Origin: a bacterium
GTDB taxonomy: Bacteria; Verrucomicrobiota; Lentisphaeria; Victivallales; GWF2-38-69
DNA: 64,000 nucleotides
Assembly: GCA_021781705.1 (NCBI GenBank)
Contig: JAJXWI010000005.1
Span: 1,130 to 65,129, forward strand
Direction: 5' to 3'
Part shown: in pieces, positions 28,262-36,397 of the stretch
Numbering within the stretch: the stretch's first letter is position 1
Layout: each line of letters starts with the position of its first letter
Position numbers and translations under genes: made by a program
Notes under the pieces: generated by a model
What the model saw: only the letters and a program-made list of their open reading frames with translations
The model's database searches: none
What the model was told of the DNA's origin: nothing

Positions 28262-28874
28262 CTTTTTGACTCCTTGTTTTGTTGACTATTTTTTTCGCGT
28301 TAAAAGCATTCATAGCAACACTGATGCCGCGCGCGATTGTTAATTTAACTGCATCAATCGATAAAGCTACACTGTTTTTGAGAATAATATGCTCTTCTTC
28401 AGTAAACTTTGAGAGGACATAATCTGACATTAAAACATCCTGTTTTCTGCCTATTCCAACCTTTAATCGTATAAATTTATTCGATTCAAGGCTGGCTATT
28501 ATGGACTCAATTCCATTATGCCCGGCAGATCCGCCTCCGATTTTTAGTTTGATGTCACCCAGCTGAAGATCCATATCATCATGAATAACAAGAATCTCTT
28601 CGGGTAAAAGTTTCTCCGCCCTGCAAATTCCTGCGATGGAACCACCGCTGAGATTCATATATGTTTGAGGCTTTAAGAAAAAAATTTTTCTTCCAAACAT
28701 GTTTTTATCAACATATTTCCCATTGTACTTACTTTTTAAAACAACGTCTCCAAGCAACCTTTTTATCAAAGCATCAGCTACTAAAAAACCGATATTATGT
28801 CTGGTCTCTTGGTATTCGGCTCCAGGATTTCCAAGCCCGACTATGAGTCTGATGTTGTGATCTTGCTCTGCCAT
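28248..28874 (-). CDS. pth: Peptidyl-tRNA hydrolase
   Basis: LIVGLGNPGAEYQETRHNIGF and later GGGSAGHNG. Confidence 0.92.
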   Translation of the reverse strand: MAEQDHNIRLIVGLGNPGAEYQETRHNIGFLVADALIKRLLGDVVLKSKYNGKYVDKNMFGRKIFFLKPQTYMNLSGGSIAGICRAEKLLPEEILVIHDDMDLQLGDIKLKIGGGSAGHNGIESIIASLESNKFIRLKVGIGRKQDVLMSDYVLSKFTEEEHIILKNSVALSIDAVKLTIARGISVAMNAFNAKKIVNKTRSQKVEKV

Positions 28875-28888
28875 TTTCAGAAGGCCTT

Positions 28889-28923
28889 CAAAACAAAAAA
28901 TAGAGGCAAAAATTTGCCCCTAT
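28889..28923 (-). terminator. Intrinsic terminator/attenuator-like hairpin between rplY and pth
   Basis: On the minus strand, a 10-bp stem ATAGGGGCAA/TTGCCTCTAT (one G-U pair) with a 4-nt loop, followed by TTTTTGTTTT. Confidence 0.6.
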
Positions 28924-28952
28924 TTAAATAGCTTTCGATTAAAAAGATTGTG

Positions 28953-29624
28953 TTATTCTTTTTTCTTTTCCTTGGCTTCTTTTCCGCCTTCCTTCGCAGG
29001 GGCAGCAGCGGCAGCGCCCTCAGCAGAAGCACCTGCAGCGCCTTCAGTAGAAGCTTCAGCTGCAACTTCTACCTTAACTTTTGGTAAGCCCATATGGAAC
29101 ACAGGTAAAGCTTCGTCTCCTACCGCTTTTACTCCGTCAGGTAATGCTACTTCACCAATGTGAATGATATCGCCCAACCCCATTTTACCGACGTTGACAG
29201 TAATAGCCTCCGGCAAGTCTTTCGGGAAACACGAAACTTCCATTTCATGAATATATTGGTCAAGAACTCCGCCTTGAGCCAATCCTATAGGAGTGCCATG
29301 AGAGTGAACTGCGACTTTCGCTACAATAGCTTCATTCATGTTAATTTCTTGAAAATCTACATGAGTAGTATGCCCTGCAAGATAGTTGTATTGCACATCT
29401 TTTATAAGAGCATTAATTTCTTCTCCTGCAGAATGTTTCAACGCAATGATGTTAACATCCTTGCTCAAAACCTTGTCAAGTTCTTTAGACTCAAGATAAA
29501 AATATCTTGGTGTTTTGTGTAGTCCGTAAACTACTGCAGGAACCTTTCCTTCACGTCTTAGTCTCTTAGAATGAGAAGAACCTACTTCGGTCCTTTCCAT
29601 AATATTTAACTTCCCGATTAACAT
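28953..29624 (-). CDS. rplY: 50S ribosomal protein L25/general stress protein Ctc
   Basis: R...G...SKRLRREGKVPAVVYG N-terminal signature, a two-domain length (223 aa) and a low-complexity Ala/Glu/Lys tail. Confidence 0.85.
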   Translation of the reverse strand: MLIGKLNIMERTEVGSSHSKRLRREGKVPAVVYGLHKTPRYFYLESKELDKVLSKDVNIIALKHSAGEEINALIKDVQYNYLAGHTTHVDFQEINMNEAIVAKVAVHSHGTPIGLAQGGVLDQYIHEMEVSCFPKDLPEAITVNVGKMGLGDIIHIGEVALPDGVKAVGDEALPVFHMGLPKVKVEVAAEASTEGAAGASAEGAAAAAPAKEGGKEAKEKKKE

Positions 29625-29665
29625 TTTTGCTTTCCTCTTATTATTTTTATTGTTAAACGATAAAT

Positions 29666-30625
29666 TTATTTTACACTCGTATTAAATAATGATGACAACG
29701 ATCCGCCCGCATGAATTCTTCTTATAGCCTCAGCCATCACGGGCGCTATGCTTAGTACCTTAATCTTGTTTGTTTTTCCAGTAGTAATTTCTGGAACTGA
29801 ATCTGTAGTAACCAGTTCTTCAATTCCACTATTGTTTAATCTTTCCACGCCGAGGTCATTAAGTAAGCAGTGAGAAATAGAAGCGATAACTCTTTTTGCT
29901 CCCTCTTTTCTAAGCAATTGCTCACCTGCGACAAGCGTTCCCGCAGTAGATGTCAGGTCATCTATTATAAGGCAAGTCCTGCCGGCCACATCTCCAACTA
30001 GGTGGGAACACTCTACAGAAACTGAATCAGTTCTCCTCTTAGCTATAACAGCAAGTCCTGCTCCCAATGCGTTGCTATAAGCATGAGCCATTTTTACACT
30101 GCCTGAATCAGGGGCTACCACGACTGCGTTTTCTCCCAATATCTTCCTTAAATAAGGATACAATATCGGAGCTGCGTATAAATGATCTACCGGAATATCA
30201 AAAAACCCCATAATTTGTTGAGCGTGAAGATCCATCGTCAATATTCTGTCAGCCCCGGCCGCAGTCAGGATGTTCGCGACAAGTTTTGAGGCAATCGCTA
30301 CCCTGGGTTTGTCCTTCCTGTCTTGCCTGGCATACCCAAAATAGGGAATAACCGCAGTAATTCGCCCCGCTGAAGCCCTCATCGCAGCATCCAGCATTAT
30401 CAGAAGCTCCATTATGTTCTCGTTTGGCGGATAACACGTCGGTTGTATTATGAAAACATCTCCACCTCTGATATTCTGTAAAAACTGTATAAAAATTTCT
30501 CCATCCGGAAAATGCTCCATCTTTACATTGCCAAGCATAACCCCAAGCTGTTCAGCTATATCTCTGGCCAATTTGGGATGAGCGCTCCCTGAAAATACAA
30601 AAAGTTCACGGCTCTTATCGTTCAT
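29666..30625 (-). CDS. prs: Ribose-phosphate pyrophosphokinase
   Basis: FPDGE, VIPYFGYARQDRK, MDLHAQQIMGFFDIPVDHL and the PRPP-binding loop CLIIDDLTSTAGT. Confidence 0.95.
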   Translation of the reverse strand: MNDKSRELFVFSGSAHPKLARDIAEQLGVMLGNVKMEHFPDGEIFIQFLQNIRGGDVFIIQPTCYPPNENIMELLIMLDAAMRASAGRITAVIPYFGYARQDRKDKPRVAIASKLVANILTAAGADRILTMDLHAQQIMGFFDIPVDHLYAAPILYPYLRKILGENAVVVAPDSGSVKMAHAYSNALGAGLAVIAKRRTDSVSVECSHLVGDVAGRTCLIIDDLTSTAGTLVAGEQLLRKEGAKRVIASISHCLLNDLGVERLNNSGIEELVTTDSVPEITTGKTNKIKVLSIAPVMAEAIRRIHAGGSLSSLFNTSVK

Positions 30626-30835
30626 AATTGCTCTCTATATCAAAATTTTGACTATTTTTTACAAACATCAGTTATAAAAGACCACTAACGATAGTAAAAT
30701 AACTGAGCGAATCAAATATTTTCTAACAGCTTTTTCAGATTAAAATTTATAAAAAAGAGCCATAATATACACTAAAGCATTTTTTAGTCAACTTTTGGAA
30801 GGACTATGAAATGAACTAAAAAGGCAAATTTTCCC

Positions 30836-31972
30836 ATGTCAGCCCAAGATTTAACTATTCCTGAAATAAAAATAATAGAAAAAACTTTGTTCATTTCTGC
30901 TTTTCCTATAATCGATATGAATGCGGCGGTTACAAACAATGCATATAATAAAATTTTACATTTTATAAAAACAACACAAATCCAAAACGTTGTTATTGAC
31001 TTAGCCGGAATAACACAGCAGCAGCAAAAAGTAATAGCTTTTCTTGATTCTAGCGTTTCTCTGTTCATGAAACACAAAATAATTGTTGATGTAACTAACA
31101 TCGCTCCTGAACTGAATAGTATCTTAACAGAGCTGGGATTTGTGCGAACAAGCAAAGAGGTTTTTATAAGACATATAAAGTTAAAGAGCAAATCTATTTT
31201 TCTCACGGTTGGCGAAGCTTCCCTAAAATTTTATGAGGACATGAGATCCTTTCTTGGATTTGTCGGGGAAATATGTTCGGCTCTTTTCTACTCAGTATTA
31301 CACCCAAGAAACATACAATGGAAAGAGGCTCTTTATTATATGGACAGAACTGGCGCAGACGGGGTTCCTATAGTTTTTCTGGTGTGTTTTCTTATGGGAT
31401 GTATTCTTGCATATCAAGGTTCTGTTCAGATGGGAAAATTCGGACTCTCAATATTCGTGTCGGATCTTGTCGGCTTGGCCATAATTAAAGAGTTATCAGC
31501 ACTCATGGTATCAATGGTTTGCATAGGACGCGCCGGGTCAGCATTTGCCGCAGAAATCGGAACTATGCAGGTGTCGGAAGAAATTGATGCAATGGAAACA
31601 ATGGGCTTAAGAACCGCCAGATTCCTTGTAATTCCGAAAGTGATAGCTCTCGCTATTGTAATGCCTCTCCTAACTATCGTAGGCGATGTGGCTGGAATTC
31701 TCGGAGGAACATTGGTTGGCGTATTAAAAACTGGAGTAACGCTTCAACAATACTATGACAGAACAATACTGGCGGTGGGTTTTCAAAATGTAATGGAAGG
31801 AGTCACAAAAAGTATAGTCTTTGCAATATTGATAGCCTGTGTAGGCTGCCTCAGGGGGTACGAAGCCGAAAGAGATGCAAAAGGGGTCGGAAAAGCCGCA
31901 ACATCTTCGGTCGTAAGCGGCGTATTCCTTATAGTTGTAGCAGATGGAATATTAACCATTATTTTTAATTAA
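30836..31972 (+). CDS. mlaE: MlaE-family ABC permease with an N-terminal STAS-like extension
   Basis: The C-terminal ~255 aa are MlaE-like (GADGVPIVFLV...GRAGSAFAAEIGTMQVSEEIDAMETMG). The N-terminal ~110 aa resemble a STAS/anti-sigma-antagonist fold (VVIDLAGITQ...IAFLDSS...). Confidence 0.85.
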   Translation: MSAQDLTIPEIKIIEKTLFISAFPIIDMNAAVTNNAYNKILHFIKTTQIQNVVIDLAGITQQQQKVIAFLDSSVSLFMKHKIIVDVTNIAPELNSILTELGFVRTSKEVFIRHIKLKSKSIFLTVGEASLKFYEDMRSFLGFVGEICSALFYSVLHPRNIQWKEALYYMDRTGADGVPIVFLVCFLMGCILAYQGSVQMGKFGLSIFVSDLVGLAIIKELSALMVSMVCIGRAGSAFAAEIGTMQVSEEIDAMETMGLRTARFLVIPKVIALAIVMPLLTIVGDVAGILGGTLVGVLKTGVTLQQYYDRTILAVGFQNVMEGVTKSIVFAILIACVGCLRGYEAERDAKGVGKAATSSVVSGVFLIVVADGILTIIFN

Positions 31973-31973
31973 A

Positions 31974-32738
31974 ATGAACCATCAGGAAGAACATATAATA
32001 GAGGTTGAAAACCTGACCGTAGGATATGGCGAAAGCGTAATCCTGGAAAATATTAGTTTTTTTGTCAAGAAAAGTGAGGTTTTTGCCATCCTTGGAGGCT
32101 CAGGCAGCGGGAAAAGTACTATCATAAAAAATCTTACAGGATTAAATGAACCTATAACCGGAACTATCATAATAGACGGAATAGATACTGTTAATGTAAA
32201 AGACGAAAAACTTGTTGAATTAAGGCGAAACTATGGCGTTTTATATCAGTCGGGTGCATTGTTTAGCTCCCTGACACTTGAAGAAAATATAGCCTTACCT
32301 TTGCTAGAATACTCAGACTACCCAAAAGATGTCGTCTACTCAATAGCAAAAGTAAAACTAAATATGGTAGGTCTTAGCGGATATGAAAAGTACATGCCTT
32401 ATGAGCTCAGCGGAGGAATGAGAAAAAGAGCCGCTCTGGCCAGAGCTATGGCCTTGGACCCCAAAATATTGTTTCTTGATGAGCCTTCCGCAGGCCTTGA
32501 TCCTATAAATTCTGCAAAACTCGATGATCTTATTCTAAAGCTTAATTGCATCACCGGAGTTACGATAGTAGTAGTAACTCATGAACTTGAAAGCATTTTT
32601 GCTGTAGCAGACAGGGTCATAATCGTAGATAAAAAAACAAAAAGCATACTCGATGAAGGCTGTCCCTCACGGTTAAAAGGAAATAGCAAGAACGAGTGGG
32701 TAAGAAACTTCCTAAATAGAAAATATCTGAGGTCTTAA
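31974..32738 (+). CDS. mlaF: MlaF-type ABC transporter ATP-binding protein
   Basis: Walker A GGSGSGKST, signature LSGGMRKR, Walker B ILFLDEP. Confidence 0.9.
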   Translation: MNHQEEHIIEVENLTVGYGESVILENISFFVKKSEVFAILGGSGSGKSTIIKNLTGLNEPITGTIIIDGIDTVNVKDEKLVELRRNYGVLYQSGALFSSLTLEENIALPLLEYSDYPKDVVYSIAKVKLNMVGLSGYEKYMPYELSGGMRKRAALARAMALDPKILFLDEPSAGLDPINSAKLDDLILKLNCITGVTIVVVTHELESIFAVADRVIIVDKKTKSILDEGCPSRLKGNSKNEWVRNFLNRKYLRS

Positions 32739-32740
32739 AC

Positions 32741-33706
32741 ATGTCAAATGTAGCGAATAAATATAAACTTGGCATTTTTGTATTTGCAACAGTGCTGACT
32801 CTTATTGTCATAGCCATACTTCTCGGCTCAATCCATATGTTCAAAGAAAATATTGACTGTATGACTGTTGTAAATTCTTCCGTTCAAGGTCTTTCAACTG
32901 GAGCAAAGGTGAAGTACCACGGAGTTACCATAGGCCAGGTTTCTGAAATAAAAATATCTCCGAACGGTAGTTATGTTTATATCTACATGTCGCTTGCCCC
33001 TGAAACAATAGTGTCATCAGATAATCACAACAAAACAGCTACATTTACCGAATTCATTAAAAGCGGGATAAAAAATGGTTTGTGCTGTCAACTGAGATAT
33101 GAAGGGATTACCGGCATCCTATATCAGGAAATAAAAATCTTCTCTCCTGAAATGCCTAGAATTCCAGTACCAGAACTGCCGGTAGGCCATCCTATTTGCA
33201 TTCCTTCAACGCCGCCTATTTTGCTGGGAGACATCATAACTAAAATTAATAATTCCCTGGAAAAACTTTCAAAAATTGATGAGATATTTATCAGGGTAAT
33301 CCAAACAGTAGATACAGTCAATAAGTACCTTGAAGGACCACAACTGAAATTGTTCATAGAAGAAACAACTAAAATATCAAAAAATGTTGGGGATATATCT
33401 GAACGTTTTAACGAAACCCTAACTAAAGATAAATTGGAACACATTACTAGGGACTTGTATGAAATACTGGACGAAATAAAGAAGTTTTCCACAAAACTTA
33501 ATAGAGAACTAGATGCTACAAAATTATCGGAAACAATGGCTGACGCTAGAAAAGTTATGAACAATACAAATGAAAAAGTGGAAGATGTAGCGGATTCTGT
33601 CAAAGCTTCGGCAGAAAGTTTGAAAGAATTAACAGATACATTGAATAAAGAGCCTGATTCTATCATTTGGGGAAAAGATTCTAAAGAAGTCGTTCCTAGC
33701 AGGTAG
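32741..33706 (+). CDS. mlaD: MlaD/MCE-domain substrate-binding protein with a long coiled-coil tail
   Basis: N-terminal TM anchor, MCE core VQGLSTGAKVKYHGVTIGQVSEI, and a helical charged C-terminal half. Confidence 0.8.
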   Translation: MSNVANKYKLGIFVFATVLTLIVIAILLGSIHMFKENIDCMTVVNSSVQGLSTGAKVKYHGVTIGQVSEIKISPNGSYVYIYMSLAPETIVSSDNHNKTATFTEFIKSGIKNGLCCQLRYEGITGILYQEIKIFSPEMPRIPVPELPVGHPICIPSTPPILLGDIITKINNSLEKLSKIDEIFIRVIQTVDTVNKYLEGPQLKLFIEETTKISKNVGDISERFNETLTKDKLEHITRDLYEILDEIKKFSTKLNRELDATKLSETMADARKVMNNTNEKVEDVADSVKASAESLKELTDTLNKEPDSIIWGKDSKEVVPSR

Positions 33707-33726
33707 CGTAAGAGTTCAGTAAAACA

Positions 33727-33875
33727 TGCTAAATGCGGCGCTTTCGGCGCCTTGCTAAAATACATGGCTAAAGGATCGCCTCTGCAAACAAAATTTGAAG
33801 GTTGAATTCCAAATGTTGAATTGTGGTATTTTTAATTCAAAATTCAAAATTTTCACTACATGTCCGTTTGATTTG
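33727..33875 (+). repeat. Type-2 intergenic repeat, copy 1
   Basis: Collinear by eye with 42538..42692. Shared blocks: GCGCTTT.CGGC.CCTTGCTAAAA, ATGGCTA.AAGGA, TTGAATTC.AAATGTTGAATTGT.GTATTTTTAA, (AATTCAA)n, TCACTA..TGTCCGTTTGAT. Confidence 0.8.
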
Positions 33876-33982
33876 ATATGGACCTATTGACAAAAGTAGG
33901 ATTCAAGAACTATTCCTGTAATTGTGGGTATATATAAAATAATAATAAAAATTTAAAATTCTGATTTTCTTTATTCGTAATG

Positions 33983-34010
33983 TTGACGTATAGAAAAAAT
34001 ACTTTAAAAT
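33983..34010 (+). promoter_or_regulatory. Candidate sigma70-type promoter for the 34082 gene
   Basis: TTGACG (33983..33988), a 16-nt spacer, then TAAAAT (34005..34010). About 70 nt upstream of the ATG. Confidence 0.3.
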
Positions 34011-34081
34011 TCAGGCAAAGTGTTAATACGTGGTAGAGTACTATCCGGCACTTAAAACAAAAATAAACATAAGGAGAAAAA

Positions 34082-34591
34082 ATGATGCGTACAAAATTAG
34101 CAATCGTGGTAGGACTCCTCGGATTGGCGGGATTTATGGGAATTGCGCAAGGCGAGGAAGTAGCAGCTCCGGCTCCGGCTATGGATGCGGAAACAAACAG
34201 GGCATATACTGCCGCCGTTGAATTATCTCAGGCTCAACGAGACCAGTTAGTAGCGGGGATGATACAACTTGATGAACAGATTGCCGTTGTAAATGCAGAC
34301 TCTGAGGATTACAAAAGCGCAACGCTGGATAACTGCAGAGGATCATGGGAATCTGTAGGGTACAAGATGGGTGGAAAGATAATAGATGTAATTCTTAGTA
34401 AGCTCCCTGCCTCTGTAGTCGATCAGAGTGGACTTATTGCTGGTTGTGTATATAAAGCAATAAATGCATGGGGTATAGACACCTCATGGTGGCCTGGATC
34501 AAAGATGAGACCGGTATTCTATGGCGCTGCAGGAGCGATGAATGACAAGTACAAAGCAAAGTACTCAAAAACATTGTCGTGGCCACAATAA
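34082..34591 (+). CDS. Secreted protein, unknown function
   Basis: RBS AAGGAGA and the signal peptide MMRTKLAIVVGLLGLAGFMGIAQG. Looks more GC-rich than its surroundings by eye. Followed by a strong terminator. Confidence 0.65.
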   Translation: MMRTKLAIVVGLLGLAGFMGIAQGEEVAAPAPAMDAETNRAYTAAVELSQAQRDQLVAGMIQLDEQIAVVNADSEDYKSATLDNCRGSWESVGYKMGGKIIDVILSKLPASVVDQSGLIAGCVYKAINAWGIDTSWWPGSKMRPVFYGAAGAMNDKYKAKYSKTLSWPQ

Positions 34592-34622
34592 CAATGATTC
34601 AATAAATAAAAATTGAGAAAAG

Positions 34623-34650
34623 CCGCTGGGGCGACCCGGCGGTTTTTATT
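34623..34650 (+). terminator. Rho-independent terminator
   Basis: 8-bp stem CCGCTGGG/CCCGGCGG (one G-U pair), a GCGA (GNRA) tetraloop, then TTTTTATT. Confidence 0.75.
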
Positions 34651-34897
34651 CAACGAATATAGATAAACGAATGAAAATAGCAAAAAATAAACAAAATAAG
34701 AGTTAATGATTAGCACTCAAATAGCTACAACTTCTAGTAATAATTAGACCACTCCCTCTTAGATAACTATTTGGATACAGATTCTAGCTCACTTGATTTT
34801 CTGGGTTTAAATTACCTAATTTTCACAACGACGACACAAAAAGAGCAAAGCTTTTCCTGTGTTAGAAATGATCTCAAGAGCCTTTGTGAGAGTGTCC

Positions 34898-34998
34898 CTT
34901 TATGCTTCTTTTATATTCCGCGGGCTTCCGCCTACGTCCCGCAGATGCAAGACTACGCCGAGACAGGCACGTCCATGGCTAATGTGTCTATTATATTT
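34898..34998 (+). repeat. ~100-bp repeat, left member of an inverted pair (partner 36131..36230)
   Basis: The reverse complement of 36131..36230 aligns along the whole length. The core CCTACGTCCCGCAGATGC(A/G)AGACTACGCCGAGACAGGCACG is near-identical. Confidence 0.85.
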
Positions 34999-35161
34999 AA
35001 TGGTACTTGTTAGAATCGTAATTTCACTAATTCATTATTTTTTGCTGGATATTTAGTTATTCTTTTTGTATACTTATTGTTTAGTATCTTTTAGTGTTGC
35101 TTCTGTCAATGTATAGAGTATTTGCACCTAAAACTTAACATTTTTATTTTGGAGGTTGGAT

Positions 35162-35851
35162 ATGTTTTTTGATCCGGTGTATCTGGTATTTGCTTTGCCT
35201 GGATTGGTTCTTGCTTTGGCAGCTTCATTTTATACTAAATTTACTTTTTCAAAATATTCAAAGGTAGGAGTATCTTCGGGATTAAGCGGAGCTGAAGCGG
35301 CAAAAAGGATGCTGCAAGTTTCTGGAATATATGATGTGAAGATAGAAACAGTTTCGGGGTTTATGACAGACCATTATGATCCTACTTCAAAAACACTAAG
35401 GCTCTCTCCTGATGTATTTTCAGGCACGAGCCTTTCTTCGGTTGGCGTTGCTTGTCATGAGGCTGGACATGCCGTACAGCACGCAAGAGCTTATGGACCG
35501 CTTAAACTGAGAACTGCAATGGTTCCTCTTACAAATATATGCAGTACTATGTCATATTTTATAATTTTTCTGGGCTTTGTGATGTCAAAAGAGTTGATAC
35601 TTATTGGAGCCATACTTTTCAGTGCAGCGGTACTGTTTTCCATAGTTACTCTTCCTGTAGAATGGAATGCGAGCGCCAGGGCTAAGGAACTGCTTGTTAC
35701 AGCAGGTATTGTTACTCCTATGGAAGCTAATATGTCAGGAGCAGTTCTTAACGCGGCATTCCTTACGTATGTAGCCGCAGCGGTCAGTGCCTTGCTTACA
35801 TTGTTGTACTATCTTCTGAGAGCCGGCGTTTTTAACAGCAGAGACGAGTAA
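35162..35851 (+). CDS. Membrane zinc metallopeptidase (YugP-like, Zn_peptidase_2 type)
   Basis: HEAGHAVQH zinc motif, with N-terminal and C-terminal TM segments. About 229 aa from ATG 35162 (GGAGG 6 nt upstream; the ORF track uses TTG 35156). Confidence 0.82.
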   Translation: MFFDPVYLVFALPGLVLALAASFYTKFTFSKYSKVGVSSGLSGAEAAKRMLQVSGIYDVKIETVSGFMTDHYDPTSKTLRLSPDVFSGTSLSSVGVACHEAGHAVQHARAYGPLKLRTAMVPLTNICSTMSYFIIFLGFVMSKELILIGAILFSAAVLFSIVTLPVEWNASARAKELLVTAGIVTPMEANMSGAVLNAAFLTYVAAAVSALLTLLYYLLRAGVFNSRDE

Positions 35852-35908
35852 GTTTTGAGGTTTGAGTTAAAAATGCGACAATTCAATATTTAGAATTCAA
35901 AACTCAAA
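35852..35908 (-). repeat. Type-2 repeat, partial inverted copy
   Basis: The reverse complement TTGAATTCTAAATATTGAATTGTCGCATTTTTAACTCAA matches the core of the 33727 and 42538 copies. Confidence 0.65.
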
Positions 35909-36001
35909 GTGTCGCCGCTCCCCCCGCGTGAGGGCTTGATTTTTATGTGGTAATATTTCCCCACGGGCTTACGCCCGTGGCTAGAATATAAAAATTGAGG
36001 T

Positions 36002-36122
36002 ATTTGCAAAACTCTTTTCCAGTTCCGACAATCTTGCTAAAACGCATGGTAAAAGCGGAACCCTCCAGATTCGAAGTGGAGGGTTTTGCTCCGTCAAAAC
36101 CGCTTCTGTTTGAGTTTTGCAA
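36002..36122 (-). repeat. Type-1 intergenic hairpin repeat, copy C (cleanest copy)
   Basis: Terminal inverted ends GCAAAACTC/GAGTTTTGC. The internal nested stem is AAGCGG...AACCCTCCA-loop-TGGAGGGTT-CCGCTT. Also contains the block CCATGCGTTTTAGCAAG. Confidence 0.85.
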
Positions 36123-36130
36123 GAAGCTCA

Positions 36131-36230
36131 AGTATATAGACCTATTGGCCATGTGCGTGCCTGTCTCGGCGTAGTCTCGCATCTGCGGGACGTAGGTGGA
36201 ATCCCGTGGAATAGAAAAAAGAAACATAAG
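36131..36230 (-). repeat. ~100-bp repeat, right member of the inverted pair (partner 34898..34998)
   Basis: See 34898..34998. Confidence 0.85.
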
Positions 36231-36245
36231 TATTCAGCAAAGTAG

Positions 36246-36340
36246 GTCATTACACCAAACGGACCAAGGTAGGGCGACCTCGCCGAGGGCGCCGCGTTTT
36301 CTTATGGTAGGGTGGCGTTCTTTAGCCATGCGTTTCAGTC
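36246..36340 (+). repeat. Type-3 intergenic repeat, copy 1
   Basis: Shares CACCAAACGGAC, a GGTAGGG / CTCGCCGAG block, and TGGTAGGGTG...TTC.TAGCCATGCGTTT.AG with 48697..48815. One block is in the opposite orientation. Confidence 0.6.
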
Positions 36341-36397
36341 AGGTGCAGTAAAGTTAAGCACTTACACAGTAAGTTTCAATCAAAGAGCAACTTAGTA

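Noticed and set aside
28877-29163. Ala/Pro/Leu-rich ORFs on both strands (62 aa minus, 71 aa plus) around the rplY 3' end
   Set aside because: They are alternative-frame readings of the low-complexity Ala/Glu/Lys tail of L25 and of the terminator region. They have no independent support.
30784-31206. 140-aa minus-strand ORF over the 5' part of mlaE
   Set aside because: The plus-strand frame continues without interruption into an unmistakable MlaE permease and starts the mlaFED operon. The antisense ORF has no support.
33124-33765. 213-aa minus-strand ORF
   Set aside because: It is antisense to the coiled-coil tail of mlaD. Its Ser/Phe-rich low-complexity translation mirrors the Glu/Lys-rich sense frame.
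34771-35013. 80-aa ORF, and the 94-aa ORF at 35943..36227, which share the peptide IPR.S.YVPQM.DYAETGT.MAN
   Set aside because: The shared peptide only reflects translation through the two copies of the 100-bp inverted repeat. There is no RBS, the ORFs end inside repeat modules, and the second also runs through the type-1 element.
35961-35980. Perfect 8-bp hairpin CCACGGGC-TTAC-GCCCGTGG as a terminator for the Zn-peptidase gene
   Set aside because: No U-tract follows on either strand. It is more likely another module of the repeat network than a canonical intrinsic terminator.
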